A stretch of DNA of 44,034 nucleotides. Origin: an uncultured Rikenellaceae bacterium (lineage in GTDB: Bacteria > Bacteroidota > Bacteroidia > Bacteroidales > Rikenellaceae). Location of the stretch: positions 1 to 44,034 of the forward strand of contig CAYJHM010000001.1 of the NCBI GenBank assembly GCA_964369935.1, in the 5' to 3' direction. The notes below the pieces were generated by a model that was not told the DNA's origin, ran no database searches, and saw only the letters and a list, made by a program, of their open reading frames with translations. A program made the position numbers and the translations under genes. Positions 19,705-28,055 of this stretch are shown one piece after another. Within the stretch, counting starts at the first letter, position 1. Each line of letters begins with the position of its first letter.

Positions 19705-21060
19705 ATGCAAAAGAGATTAGTTATTCTAGGAGGTGGAGAGAGTGGTGTAGGTACAGCTCTCTTAGCTAAAAATAAGGGTTTTAGTGTATTTTTGAGTGAT
19801 AAAGGGCACTTAGCGGATAATTATCGTAAGCAACTGATAGATGCCGATATCCCTTTCGAGGAGGGTCAGCACTCATTAGATACGATTCTTGAAGCTGAGT
19901 TGGTGGTAAAGAGTCCAGGTATTCCTGATAGTGCCGAGGTTATTAAAGCAATTTGTAGCCGTTCGATTAGGGTTGTATCGGAGATAGAGTTTGCATACCC
20001 TTATAGCAAGGCTAAAATTATATCCATCACTGGTTCTAATGGTAAGACCACAACTGCAACCCTTACTCATAAAATATTATGCGAGGGGGGTGTAAATGTT
20101 GCTCTTGCAGGGAATATTGGGGATAGTTTTGCTCAACGTGTATTGAACAGCGATGTTGATTGGTATGTGTTGGAGTTGAGTAGTTTTCAGTTAGATGGCT
20201 GTTATGATTTTCGTTCTGATATAGCAGTTATTACAAATATTACACCTGATCATCTTGATAGGTATAATTACGATATGGAGTTATACACTAAGAGTAAATT
20301 TAGGGTAGCAGCAAATCAAACTAATAATCATTGGTTGATTACAACAGCAAACGATAGGGTTACCTCTCAATTTTTAGAATCAAATACGGTTGGTTCAACT
20401 GTGGTAAAGATAAATAACAATAACTTAGAGGGTGATGATTGTGCTTATCTGTCTGACGATAAATCGGTGATTGTGTGCAGAGTCTCAGACAAGGAGGTGC
20501 ATATTCCTACAGCTAGCCTAAAACTTAAAGGGTTACATAACTACGCCAATATTATGGATAGTGTGTTGATTGCTATGCGAGTGGGGGTTGATTGTGCTTC
20601 AATTATTAAGAGTGTTACTTCGTTTTGTGGTGTAGAGCACCGTATGGAGCTGGTTGATACTATTGACGGGGTAGTGTATATTAACGATTCGAAGGCAACA
20701 AATGTAGATTCAACTTGGTATGCCCTAGATAGTATGCAAACACCTACAATATGGATTGTAGGAGGTCAAGATAAGGGTAACGACTACACTCCACTTTTAG
20801 AGTTAGCCGCTAATCGGGTTAAAGCCATTGTGTGTATGGGTGTTGATAACCGTAAAATAGTAGAGGCATTTACAGGTGTTGTACAAGATATATACGATAC
20901 ACATAACCTAAACGATATGTTTGAAGCGGTAGGTAAAGTGGCAGAGCGTGGCGATACGGTACTTCTCTCGCCCGCCGCAGCAAGTTTCGACTTGTTTGCT
21001 AACTACGAAGATAGAGGTAAGCAATTTAAGCAGGGAGTAAAAGATAAACTTTATAAATGA
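19705..21060 (+). CDS. murD: UDP-N-acetylmuramoylalanine--D-glutamate ligase
   Basis: 451 aa with an N-terminal Rossmann-like region (ILGGGESGVG), a P-loop (ITGSNGKTTT) and the C-terminal SPAAASFD motif. Confidence 0.95.
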   Translation: MQKRLVILGGGESGVGTALLAKNKGFSVFLSDKGHLADNYRKQLIDADIPFEEGQHSLDTILEAELVVKSPGIPDSAEVIKAICSRSIRVVSEIEFAYPYSKAKIISITGSNGKTTTATLTHKILCEGGVNVALAGNIGDSFAQRVLNSDVDWYVLELSSFQLDGCYDFRSDIAVITNITPDHLDRYNYDMELYTKSKFRVAANQTNNHWLITTANDRVTSQFLESNTVGSTVVKINNNNLEGDDCAYLSDDKSVIVCRVSDKEVHIPTASLKLKGLHNYANIMDSVLIAMRVGVDCASIIKSVTSFCGVEHRMELVDTIDGVVYINDSKATNVDSTWYALDSMQTPTIWIVGGQDKGNDYTPLLELAANRVKAIVCMGVDNRKIVEAFTGVVQDIYDTHNLNDMFEAVGKVAERGDTVLLSPAAASFDLFANYEDRGKQFKQGVKDKLYK

Positions 21061-21067
21061 TTGTGTT

Positions 21068-22372
21068 ATGGTAGATAACCGTGAAGATATTCCAGATAAT
21101 ATAGCTCCAAAAGATGACTCGAATAGTAGTTTATCTGTTCATAAGGTAGTGTATCGCCTGTTTCAAGGTGATGGTTTTGTGTGGGCAGCCGTAGCTATTC
21201 TTATGGCTCTATCTGTTGCTGTTATTGTATCCTCTACTGCATCGTTGGTACATGTTGATGTTGATTATGAGGGCAAACCTCTCTATTTCCTTATGAGGCG
21301 CTTGCGCGATGTTGGATTAGGATTACTAGTTATACTGATTGTTCATAACATAAACATAACTAAGTTTTTTGATTATATTAAGTGGGGGTTTTGGCTGTGT
21401 ATAGGCTTAATGCTTTTAACAAACTTAGGGGTAGGGGAGAATATTAATAGTGCTACACGTACTTTAGGTCCTATACAGCCTTCGGATTTTTTGAAGATTG
21501 CTATGATTCTTATGTTGGCCAGCCAACTTACACGTTATAGGCTTTATCTTCCAAAGGTTACACTTATCCCTATGCGATATATAAGTTTCAGGTTCTTTGG
21601 GCAAAAAAATATAAGTGCCGAGGCATATCAGGAGATACAAGAGCAGGCTGAGGAGGAGTTTTATATTTGGTATAAGTATAGCCTACCGATGTTAGGTGTT
21701 ATAATGCTATCATTTATTATGATTGTGGACTCGAATCTATCTACTGCTGTGCTTGTATTTGTGATAGGTATGGCAATGTTGTTAATGGGGGGAGTACGTG
21801 CTCGTGTAATCGTGCTTCCAGCAATTACGATTGGCGGCATAGGAACTTTTCTGTTACTTATTGCTAGCTGGGTAGGATTATTAGGCCGTTCTACTACGTG
21901 GTTTAATCGTTTAGTAAATCACTTTACGGGTGCTGAAGATCATCAAAGCGATATGGCTATGATAGCTATTGCAAGAGGAATAGTGCCTCGAGGTATTGGG
22001 GGGTCGTTACAGCGCACAACTCTGCCACGTAGCGAGTCGGACTTTATTTTCGCCTTCATGATAGAGGAACTAGGTATTTTCGTTGCTATAATTATGTGCC
22101 TATTCTATGTGTGGATATTTCATAGGGCGGTGAGGATAGCTAGAGCGCACGATAACCGTTTCGAGGCTCTTGCTTGCGTAGGTCTAGCATTCTTTTTAGT
22201 TTTTCAAGCTGCTGTTCATATGTTGGTAAATGTGGGAATTGTTCCAGTTACGGGTTTGGTTCTTCCGTTTATGAGTCACGGGGGATCAGCTATAGTATCT
22301 ATGTCGATAGCCGTAGGAATTATTCTAAATATTAGTACTCATATCGATAAAAACAAGCTTAAACGGAGATAA
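21068..22372 (+). CDS. ftsW: SEDS-family peptidoglycan glycosyltransferase FtsW/RodA/SpoVE (FtsW by context)
   Basis: 434 aa, polytopic, with SESDFIFAFMIEELG and LPFMSHGGSA. It directly follows murD. Confidence 0.88.
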   Translation: MVDNREDIPDNIAPKDDSNSSLSVHKVVYRLFQGDGFVWAAVAILMALSVAVIVSSTASLVHVDVDYEGKPLYFLMRRLRDVGLGLLVILIVHNINITKFFDYIKWGFWLCIGLMLLTNLGVGENINSATRTLGPIQPSDFLKIAMILMLASQLTRYRLYLPKVTLIPMRYISFRFFGQKNISAEAYQEIQEQAEEEFYIWYKYSLPMLGVIMLSFIMIVDSNLSTAVLVFVIGMAMLLMGGVRARVIVLPAITIGGIGTFLLLIASWVGLLGRSTTWFNRLVNHFTGAEDHQSDMAMIAIARGIVPRGIGGSLQRTTLPRSESDFIFAFMIEELGIFVAIIMCLFYVWIFHRAVRIARAHDNRFEALACVGLAFFLVFQAAVHMLVNVGIVPVTGLVLPFMSHGGSAIVSMSIAVGIILNISTHIDKNKLKRR

Positions 22373-22417
22373 ATTAAGTTTTTTTCGTTGAAAATATTAT
22401 AAATCAATTTTTTTAAC

Positions 22418-22425
22418 TAATTTTG
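22418..22425 (+). promoter_or_regulatory. Candidate -7 promoter box TAATTTTG for exbB-exbD-tonB
   Basis: Exact TAnnTTTG match 40 nt upstream of the ATG at 22465, in the 92-nt spacer after ftsW. Confidence 0.5.
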
Positions 22426-22464
22426 TAGTTCAAGAGTAAGAATTTAATAAAAAAATAATAATTT

Positions 22465-23136
22465 ATGTTTACACTACTTCAGGTGCCAACAGATGTGGCA
22501 ACTGCCTCGGCAAAGAGCATAGGGCTGGGCGAGATGATTATGGCTGGTGGATGGCTAATGATTCCACTATTGATACTATTCGGTATCTCAATCTTTATTT
22601 TTGTTGAGAGATTTAGGGTTATTAAACGTGCCTCAGCAATAGATGTTGATTTTATGAACAAGATTAAGAGCTTGATGTACGAAAATAAGATTAATGTGGC
22701 TCTTCAGCTATGTAGAGCAACAGATAATCCTATTGCTCGTATGATTGAGAAGGGTATCGAGCATCTTGGTCGTCCGATGAGCGAAATTCAATCATCTATC
22801 GAGAATACAGCGAATCTAGAAGTGTCGAAATTAGAGCAACATCTTCCGTTCCTTGCAACAATTGCTGGTGGAGCTCCAATGATAGGTTTCTTGGGTACTG
22901 TTTTAGGTCTTGTTAATGTGTTTATGGAGATGAGCGCAGCAGGTAGCACAATTGATATTGCTCTGCTTTCGGGTGGTATGTACACTGCAATGGTTACAAC
23001 AGTAGCAGGTCTTATTGTTGGTATCCCTGCCTATTTCGGATATAATTTCCTTGTTCAACGTATCGAGAAGCAGATATTCCAAATGGAGGCAAACTCGATA
23101 GCATTTATGGATATATTAAATCAACCAGTAGAGTAG
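22465..23136 (+). CDS. exbB: MotA/TolQ/ExbB proton-channel family protein
   Basis: 223 aa with three TM helices and the conserved C-terminal region LATIAGGAPMIGFLGTVLGL...TTVAGLIVGIPAYFGYNF. Confidence 0.9.
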   Translation: MFTLLQVPTDVATASAKSIGLGEMIMAGGWLMIPLLILFGISIFIFVERFRVIKRASAIDVDFMNKIKSLMYENKINVALQLCRATDNPIARMIEKGIEHLGRPMSEIQSSIENTANLEVSKLEQHLPFLATIAGGAPMIGFLGTVLGLVNVFMEMSAAGSTIDIALLSGGMYTAMVTTVAGLIVGIPAYFGYNFLVQRIEKQIFQMEANSIAFMDILNQPVE

Positions 23137-23137
23137 T

Positions 23138-23527
23138 ATGGCAATCAAGAGAAGTTCAAAGGTAGAGACATCGTTTGGATCATCGGCTATGACCGATATG
23201 ATGTTTCTTTTGCTTATATTCTTTTTGGTGCTCACAACTCTCATTAACACTTCGGCACTAGATATTTTACTCCCTAAAAGTGGTAATAAAGTGAGCGAGA
23301 AAGCATCTGTTACAATGGCTGTAACTCACGACCTTAAATACTTTATCGAGGGCGAAGAGATATCTTTCGAAAAGGTAGAACAGAGTTTGATAGATGCAAC
23401 AAAAGGGGACGAGAATCCGATGGTTATGCTTAGCATTGATAAGCGTGTATCGGTAGATGAGCTAGCTAAGATTATGAATATAGCAAAAAATAATAAGTTA
23501 GCACTCTTTATGATGACAACTAATTAA
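23138..23527 (+). CDS. exbD: Biopolymer transport protein ExbD/TolR
   Basis: 129 aa with an N-terminal TM helix (MTDMMFLLLIFFLV) and a periplasmic domain. It lies immediately after exbB. Confidence 0.85.
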   Translation: MAIKRSSKVETSFGSSAMTDMMFLLLIFFLVLTTLINTSALDILLPKSGNKVSEKASVTMAVTHDLKYFIEGEEISFEKVEQSLIDATKGDENPMVMLSIDKRVSVDELAKIMNIAKNNKLALFMMTTN

Positions 23528-23533
23528 TTAGCA

Positions 23534-24331
23534 ATGGAATATAATCCACAAAATAGTTATTCGCTTACTGAGCGGTCTGATAAGGTGGTAGCATCGCTAG
23601 CGGTATTTGGTTATATTGCTATGATGGTGCTATTAATCTATTTTGTGCGTTTTGGTGCAAAAGATGAATATAAGCAGTTAGAGCCCTCTAGTGGGGTGCT
23701 TATTAGTTTCGGTAATAGCTCGCCTGGCGAGGGTAAGGTTGTCACTACGGAGGTTACTCGTAAGAAAAATATACCTACCCCAGAAGAGAAAATTGAACCT
23801 ATTGCAGCGCCCGATGATAACTCAACTGAGGCGGTAATTGAAGCGGCGCAGACAGCCGAGACACCTAAAGAGCAACCTGTAATTAAACCCGATCCAACAG
23901 AGGTGGCGGTTAATAGAGGTGCCCTATATAAAAGACCTACGGGTAGTCGTGAGGCAACAACCGATAAGACTCAGTCGCACGGTGCAACCAAAGAACGTTC
24001 AGGAAAGAGCGGCTCGCCAGATGGTGAAACAACTAACCCTGGCGATGGAGGTACAGGCAGTAATTTCTCGCTTGATGGACGTACTCTGATGGGCGATTTG
24101 GTTAAACCAATATACAGCGAGAGGGTTGATGGTAAGATAGTGATGGAGATTCAAGTTAATCGCAAGGGTGAGGTTACAAATGCTACTTACATTCCTAAGC
24201 ATTCAACTATCACTTCAAGTAGTGTGATTGCAGCGGTTGTTAAAGCGGCAAAACAGACCCGCTTTAATGTTAATGACGAGGCATCGTTTATTCAGGTTGG
24301 AACAATCACCTATATACTAAAAATTGAGTAA
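23534..24331 (+). CDS. TonB-like energy transducer
   Basis: 265 aa with one N-terminal TM helix, a Pro/Glu/Thr-rich linker (PTPEEKIEPIAAPDD...KPDPTE) and a ~80-aa C-terminal domain. It sits in the third position of an exbBD cluster. Confidence 0.65.
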   Translation: MEYNPQNSYSLTERSDKVVASLAVFGYIAMMVLLIYFVRFGAKDEYKQLEPSSGVLISFGNSSPGEGKVVTTEVTRKKNIPTPEEKIEPIAAPDDNSTEAVIEAAQTAETPKEQPVIKPDPTEVAVNRGALYKRPTGSREATTDKTQSHGATKERSGKSGSPDGETTNPGDGGTGSNFSLDGRTLMGDLVKPIYSERVDGKIVMEIQVNRKGEVTNATYIPKHSTITSSSVIAAVVKAAKQTRFNVNDEASFIQVGTITYILKIE

Positions 24332-24375
24332 TATACGTTATAGTATGTGTTTTAGGTGTAATAAATTAATGTATA

Positions 24376-24687
24376 ATGATGGATTTTTTAGCAGTATTAT
24401 TTTTTATAATAGTAGGTTTTTATATTCTAGGTAAGGTTTTAAAGTTTGCTCTTCGTTTTTGGTTGGCTCGTAAAGTGAGCGAGTTTCAACAACGAGGATT
24501 TGGTGGATTTAACTCTAACTCTGGAGGTGGTGCTTATAGTACGTATGGAGGTTCTGGTAGTTCGGGAACTAATCAACGCCAATCGAATGGGCGTCCCGAG
24601 GGGCAGATAAATGTTAGTGGAAAAGCCTACGAACGCCGCATTAAAGATAATGTAGGCGAGTATGTCGAGTTTGACGAAGTAAAATAA
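24376..24687 (+). CDS. DUF4834-family small membrane protein
   Basis: 103 aa with an N-terminal TM helix (FLAVLFFIIVGFYILGKVLKF), a Gly/Ser-rich middle and an acidic C-terminus (EYVEFDEVK). As I recall, this family commonly sits upstream of ftsY in Bacteroidales. Confidence 0.6.
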   Translation: MMDFLAVLFFIIVGFYILGKVLKFALRFWLARKVSEFQQRGFGGFNSNSGGGAYSTYGGSGSSGTNQRQSNGRPEGQINVSGKAYERRIKDNVGEYVEFDEVK

Positions 24688-24697
24688 ATTTAAGTAT

Positions 24698-25687
24698 ATG
24701 GGATTTTTTGATATTTTCAAAAAGAATAAAAGTTCGGAGGATACACAGAAAGAAAAAGAGGCGCTAGATAAAGGATTACAGAAGAGTAAAAACTCGATAT
24801 TTTCGAAATTATCTAGGGTAGTAGCTGGACGTTCGAAGGTTGATGACGAGGTGTTGGATGATCTTGAGGAGGTGCTTATCACCTCTGATGTGGGGGTTGA
24901 TACAACCCTGCGTATTATCAAGCGAATTGAAGAGCGTGTAGCACGAGATAAATATGTAGGAACCGACGAACTTAATCGTATTCTCCGCGAAGAGGTGCAG
25001 GCACTTCTCGTTAAAGGCGATAATAGTTCGGAAGAGTTAGGTTTCGATTTCGAAAAACGCAATGGTATGCCCTTCGTCCTTATGGTAGTGGGGGTTAATG
25101 GTGTAGGTAAAACTACCACTATTGGTAAAATAGCTGCTCAGCTAAAGCAGGCGGGTAAGAGTGTTGTTCTAGGTGCAGCTGATACATTCAGGGCTGCCGC
25201 TATCGAGCAGTTAGCTGTATGGGCCGAGCGTGCTGATGTTAAGATTATTAAGCAGAATATGGGATCAGATCCTGCGTCGGTTGCATTTGATACACTAAAA
25301 TCGGCTGTTGCAATGGATGCCGATGTTGCAATTATTGATACAGCAGGTAGGTTACACAACAAAATTAATCTTATGAACGAGTTATCAAAGATTAAGAGTG
25401 TTATGAATAAAGTTATACCTGATGCTCCACACGAAGTTATGTTAGTGTTAGATGGTTCAACGGGGCAGAATGCTATTGAGCAGGCTCGTCATTTTACCGA
25501 GGCTACCGATGTTACAGCTATGTCGATAACCAAATTAGATGGAACGGCTAAAGGTGGAGTAGTTATAGGTATCTCAGACGAATTTCGTATCCCCGTTCGA
25601 TATATCGGAGTAGGAGAGGGGATTAATGATCTTCAGATATTTGAAAGAGAGAAATTTGTTGCGGCACTATTTGGTGATAACGAGTAG
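24698..25687 (+). CDS. ftsY: Signal recognition particle receptor FtsY
   Basis: 329 aa with SRP GTPase motifs GVNGVGKTTTIGK, DTAGRLHN and TKLDGTAKGG. Confidence 0.97.
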   Translation: MGFFDIFKKNKSSEDTQKEKEALDKGLQKSKNSIFSKLSRVVAGRSKVDDEVLDDLEEVLITSDVGVDTTLRIIKRIEERVARDKYVGTDELNRILREEVQALLVKGDNSSEELGFDFEKRNGMPFVLMVVGVNGVGKTTTIGKIAAQLKQAGKSVVLGAADTFRAAAIEQLAVWAERADVKIIKQNMGSDPASVAFDTLKSAVAMDADVAIIDTAGRLHNKINLMNELSKIKSVMNKVIPDAPHEVMLVLDGSTGQNAIEQARHFTEATDVTAMSITKLDGTAKGGVVIGISDEFRIPVRYIGVGEGINDLQIFEREKFVAALFGDNE

Positions 25688-25696
25688 ATTGATATA

Positions 25697-26989
25697 ATGG
25701 AAAAAATAAGTATAATCACCCTTGGCTGTTCAAAAAATACTGTTGATAGCGAGGTTCTTATAACGCAGTTAGAGGCTACTGGTTACACTGTAGAGCATAA
25801 TCCTGATAACATTTATGAGGGTATAGTAATTATCAATACCTGTGGGTTTATAGGCGATGCCAAAGAGGAGTCGGTGAATGTTATATTAGAGGTACTATCA
25901 CTCAAGCAATGTGGTAGGGCATCTAAGGTGGTGGTTTTTGGTTGTCTATCACAACGTTACCCAAACGAATTGTTAGCCGAAATGCCTAATGTTGATGCCT
26001 ATTTCGGAGCAGAACAGCTACCCGAGATAGTTAGCTATTTTGGGGGCGAGTTTAACGATGATTTAATTGTTGAACGTGCCAATACAACAGCTAATCACTA
26101 TGCGTATGTTAAAATATCAGAGGGCTGCAACTGGGGTTGTAGTTATTGTGCTATTCCTCTAATTAGGGGAAAGCACCGTTCTCGTAAGCTAGAGGAGATA
26201 GTGCGAGAGGTTGAGATTCTTGCCACTAAGGGTGTAAAAGAGATTATTTTAATAGCACAAGATTTGACCTATTATGGGAAAGAGTTATACGGCGAGCGTC
26301 GCCTAGCGCAGCTATTAGAGGCTCTTTGTGTTATAGATGGTGTTGAGTGGATACGCTTGCATTACGCTTATCCTACTTCTTTCCCGATGGAGGTAATTGA
26401 TGTAATGAAGCGTAATGATAAGATATGTAAATATCTCGACATTCCACTTCAGCACGTTAATGATAGAATTTTACGTTCGATGAAGCGTGGAACTAATGGT
26501 AAAGAGTGTGAAGAATTAATCGCTACATTACGCAAGGAGATTCCATCTATTGTTATTCGTACAACTATGATTGTGGGTTACCCTGGAGAGACCGACGAGG
26601 AGTTTAATGAGCTAGTAGAGTTTGTTAAACGTGTTGATATAGATAGGTTAGGGGTATTTGCCTACTCTGAAGAGGAGGGCACTGCCGCAGCCGAGTTAGA
26701 GGATAATGTTCCGTACGAAGTGAAACAGCATAGGGTAGAGGAACTTATGGCTATTCAGCAAGATAAATCTTATTATAGTAATGCGCAGCTGGTTGGTAGT
26801 TGTCAGAGGGTACTAATCGATAGATGCGAGGATGATTACTTTGTAGGGCGTATGGAATCTGATTCTCCAGAGGTTGATAACGAGGTTATAGTGTATAGCG
26901 ACGAACAATTGCTTACAATTGGCGAATTTTACCGTGTAAATATAACAGAGGCCGATAATTTTGAGATTATAGGTGATGTAATTTTGTAA
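25697..26989 (+). CDS. rimO: Ribosomal protein S12 methylthiotransferase
   Basis: 430 aa with an N-terminal UPF0004 Cys triad (LGCSKN...NTCGF...GCL), a radical SAM motif (CNWGCSYCAIP) and a C-terminal TRAM domain. Confidence 0.94.
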   Translation: MEKISIITLGCSKNTVDSEVLITQLEATGYTVEHNPDNIYEGIVIINTCGFIGDAKEESVNVILEVLSLKQCGRASKVVVFGCLSQRYPNELLAEMPNVDAYFGAEQLPEIVSYFGGEFNDDLIVERANTTANHYAYVKISEGCNWGCSYCAIPLIRGKHRSRKLEEIVREVEILATKGVKEIILIAQDLTYYGKELYGERRLAQLLEALCVIDGVEWIRLHYAYPTSFPMEVIDVMKRNDKICKYLDIPLQHVNDRILRSMKRGTNGKECEELIATLRKEIPSIVIRTTMIVGYPGETDEEFNELVEFVKRVDIDRLGVFAYSEEEGTAAAELEDNVPYEVKQHRVEELMAIQQDKSYYSNAQLVGSCQRVLIDRCEDDYFVGRMESDSPEVDNEVIVYSDEQLLTIGEFYRVNITEADNFEIIGDVIL

Positions 26990-27013
26990 TTATAAAAATA
27001 ATTACTAACTTTG
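26983..27013 (+). promoter_or_regulatory. Candidate promoter with -33 TTTG (26983-86) and -7 TAACTTTG (27006-13) for the coiled-coil/zapA genes
   Basis: Both elements match the Bacteroides consensus and are 19 nt apart. The -33 element overlaps the rimO stop codon. The -7 box ends 5 nt before the annotated ATG at 27019. Confidence 0.5.
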
Positions 27014-27018
27014 TACCT

Positions 27019-27315
27019 ATGGAGGGTAGTGTAGCAATATTAAACAGGGTATCACGTCTAATCAGTAAAGTAATGGATTTAAACGTGAGGCTTAAGCGTG
27101 AAAATAAGCGGCTACTCAACGAGAGGGATAGATTGATGAAAGACAAAGTGCGTTTAATGGAAGAAGTTAAGCGTTACAAGAGGGAGGAGAAGGTAAAAAA
27201 TATCTACACTTCGTTTGTCGTTCAAGATGGCGATAAGGCTAAGGCTAAACGTCAAATTGATAGAATATTGCGGGAGATTGACGACTGTATAGATAGTTTA
27301 AAGAGTAAACCATAA
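27019..27315 (+). CDS. Hypothetical coiled-coil protein upstream of zapA
   Basis: 98 aa, rich in K/R/E heptad-like sequence (LNVRLKRENKRLLNERDRLMKDKVRLMEEVKRYKREEK). I recognise no specific family. An alternative start is at 27073. Confidence 0.5.
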   Translation: MEGSVAILNRVSRLISKVMDLNVRLKRENKRLLNERDRLMKDKVRLMEEVKRYKREEKVKNIYTSFVVQDGDKAKAKRQIDRILREIDDCIDSLKSKP

Positions 27316-27332
27316 ACAAATATATCTTTAAA

Positions 27333-27683
27333 ATGATGGCTGACCGTACGTTAAAAATAAAGGTAATGGTTGATGGTAAACATCAAGAGCTAGACTTGCC
27401 GGGCTTTGGTTTAAGTGGCGAGAGTGAGGCAACTGAGCAGATTATCAGGGAGGCTGCCAAGAGGATTAATGGCACTCTTTTTGAGTATAAGCAGAGATGG
27501 ATAGCAGACGATCCATTCGATCCACTTAGGCGAACAGCACTTAAATTTGCTGCTATGGTTGTCCAAGATGAGATTGAGGATAGTGGTTCGATAGTAGCAT
27601 CCGAATTATCGAAGTTAGAGGTGCTTCTTGATAATCATCTTACAATGTTTGAGACAGAGTTCTCAGACGATGATATATATTAA
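27333..27683 (+). CDS. zapA: Cell division protein ZapA-like
   Basis: 116 aa with the pattern LKIKVMVDGKHQELDL...IIREAAKRINGTLFEYKQRW...ALKFAAMVV, which resembles Bacteroidota ZapA. Its location upstream of rny is, as I recall, conserved in the phylum. Confidence 0.6.
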   Translation: MMADRTLKIKVMVDGKHQELDLPGFGLSGESEATEQIIREAAKRINGTLFEYKQRWIADDPFDPLRRTALKFAAMVVQDEIEDSGSIVASELSKLEVLLDNHLTMFETEFSDDDIY

Positions 27684-28055
27684 CGTTCACAGGTGTGAGA
27701 TATTACAAAGTGGTTATATCCCGTTTTGTAATGTTTGCACCAACATATTTGGCAGTAAATCTTTCCCGCATTGGTTTTCAGTCATTTTTGCGAAACTCAC
27801 AAAATTTAACACTTTGAGTTGTGCTTAAGTTATCAAAAGCAGGCCTTAACCACTTTTGTGGTTCTCTTTTAAGGGACATTGGACGTTTGCGATTTCCTAG
27901 CGGCTCTACCTTGTATGTATCAGGGTTTTCGACAAACAATGAGAATCAGTGTGGGATTTTTGTATATATCATAATCAGAGTATTAACGTGGCTCTCTTTA
28001 GTTTAGGGCGTCACACTATATTAATAATTATTAGATTAAAAATTTTAATTTTACG

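Noticed and set aside
24439-25119. A 226-aa minus-strand ORF overlapping the DUF4834 gene and the 5' part of ftsY.
   Set aside because: The sequence is low-complexity and Ser/Thr/Arg-rich, as expected from reading the antisense strand of Glu/Asp/Lys-rich coding DNA. It lies fully inside confident plus-strand genes and has no recognisable motif.
27628-28006. Two ORFs (66 aa and 61 aa, plus strand) in the zapA-rny spacer.
   Set aside because: The first starts inside zapA in another frame and the second uses a GTG start. Both have Cys/Phe/Ser-rich compositions with no motif or hydrophobic-helix pattern. I treat the region as non-coding (see the finding for this spacer).
27684-28055. Whether the 372-nt spacer is RNase P RNA, tmRNA or SRP RNA; its size is similar to rnpB.
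   Set aside because: I could not find the universal RNase P P4 sequence (GAGGAAAGTCCGG-like) on either strand; the closest is GGGAAAGATTT on the minus strand. There is no tmRNA tRNA-like end or tag ORF, and no SRP domain IV motif.
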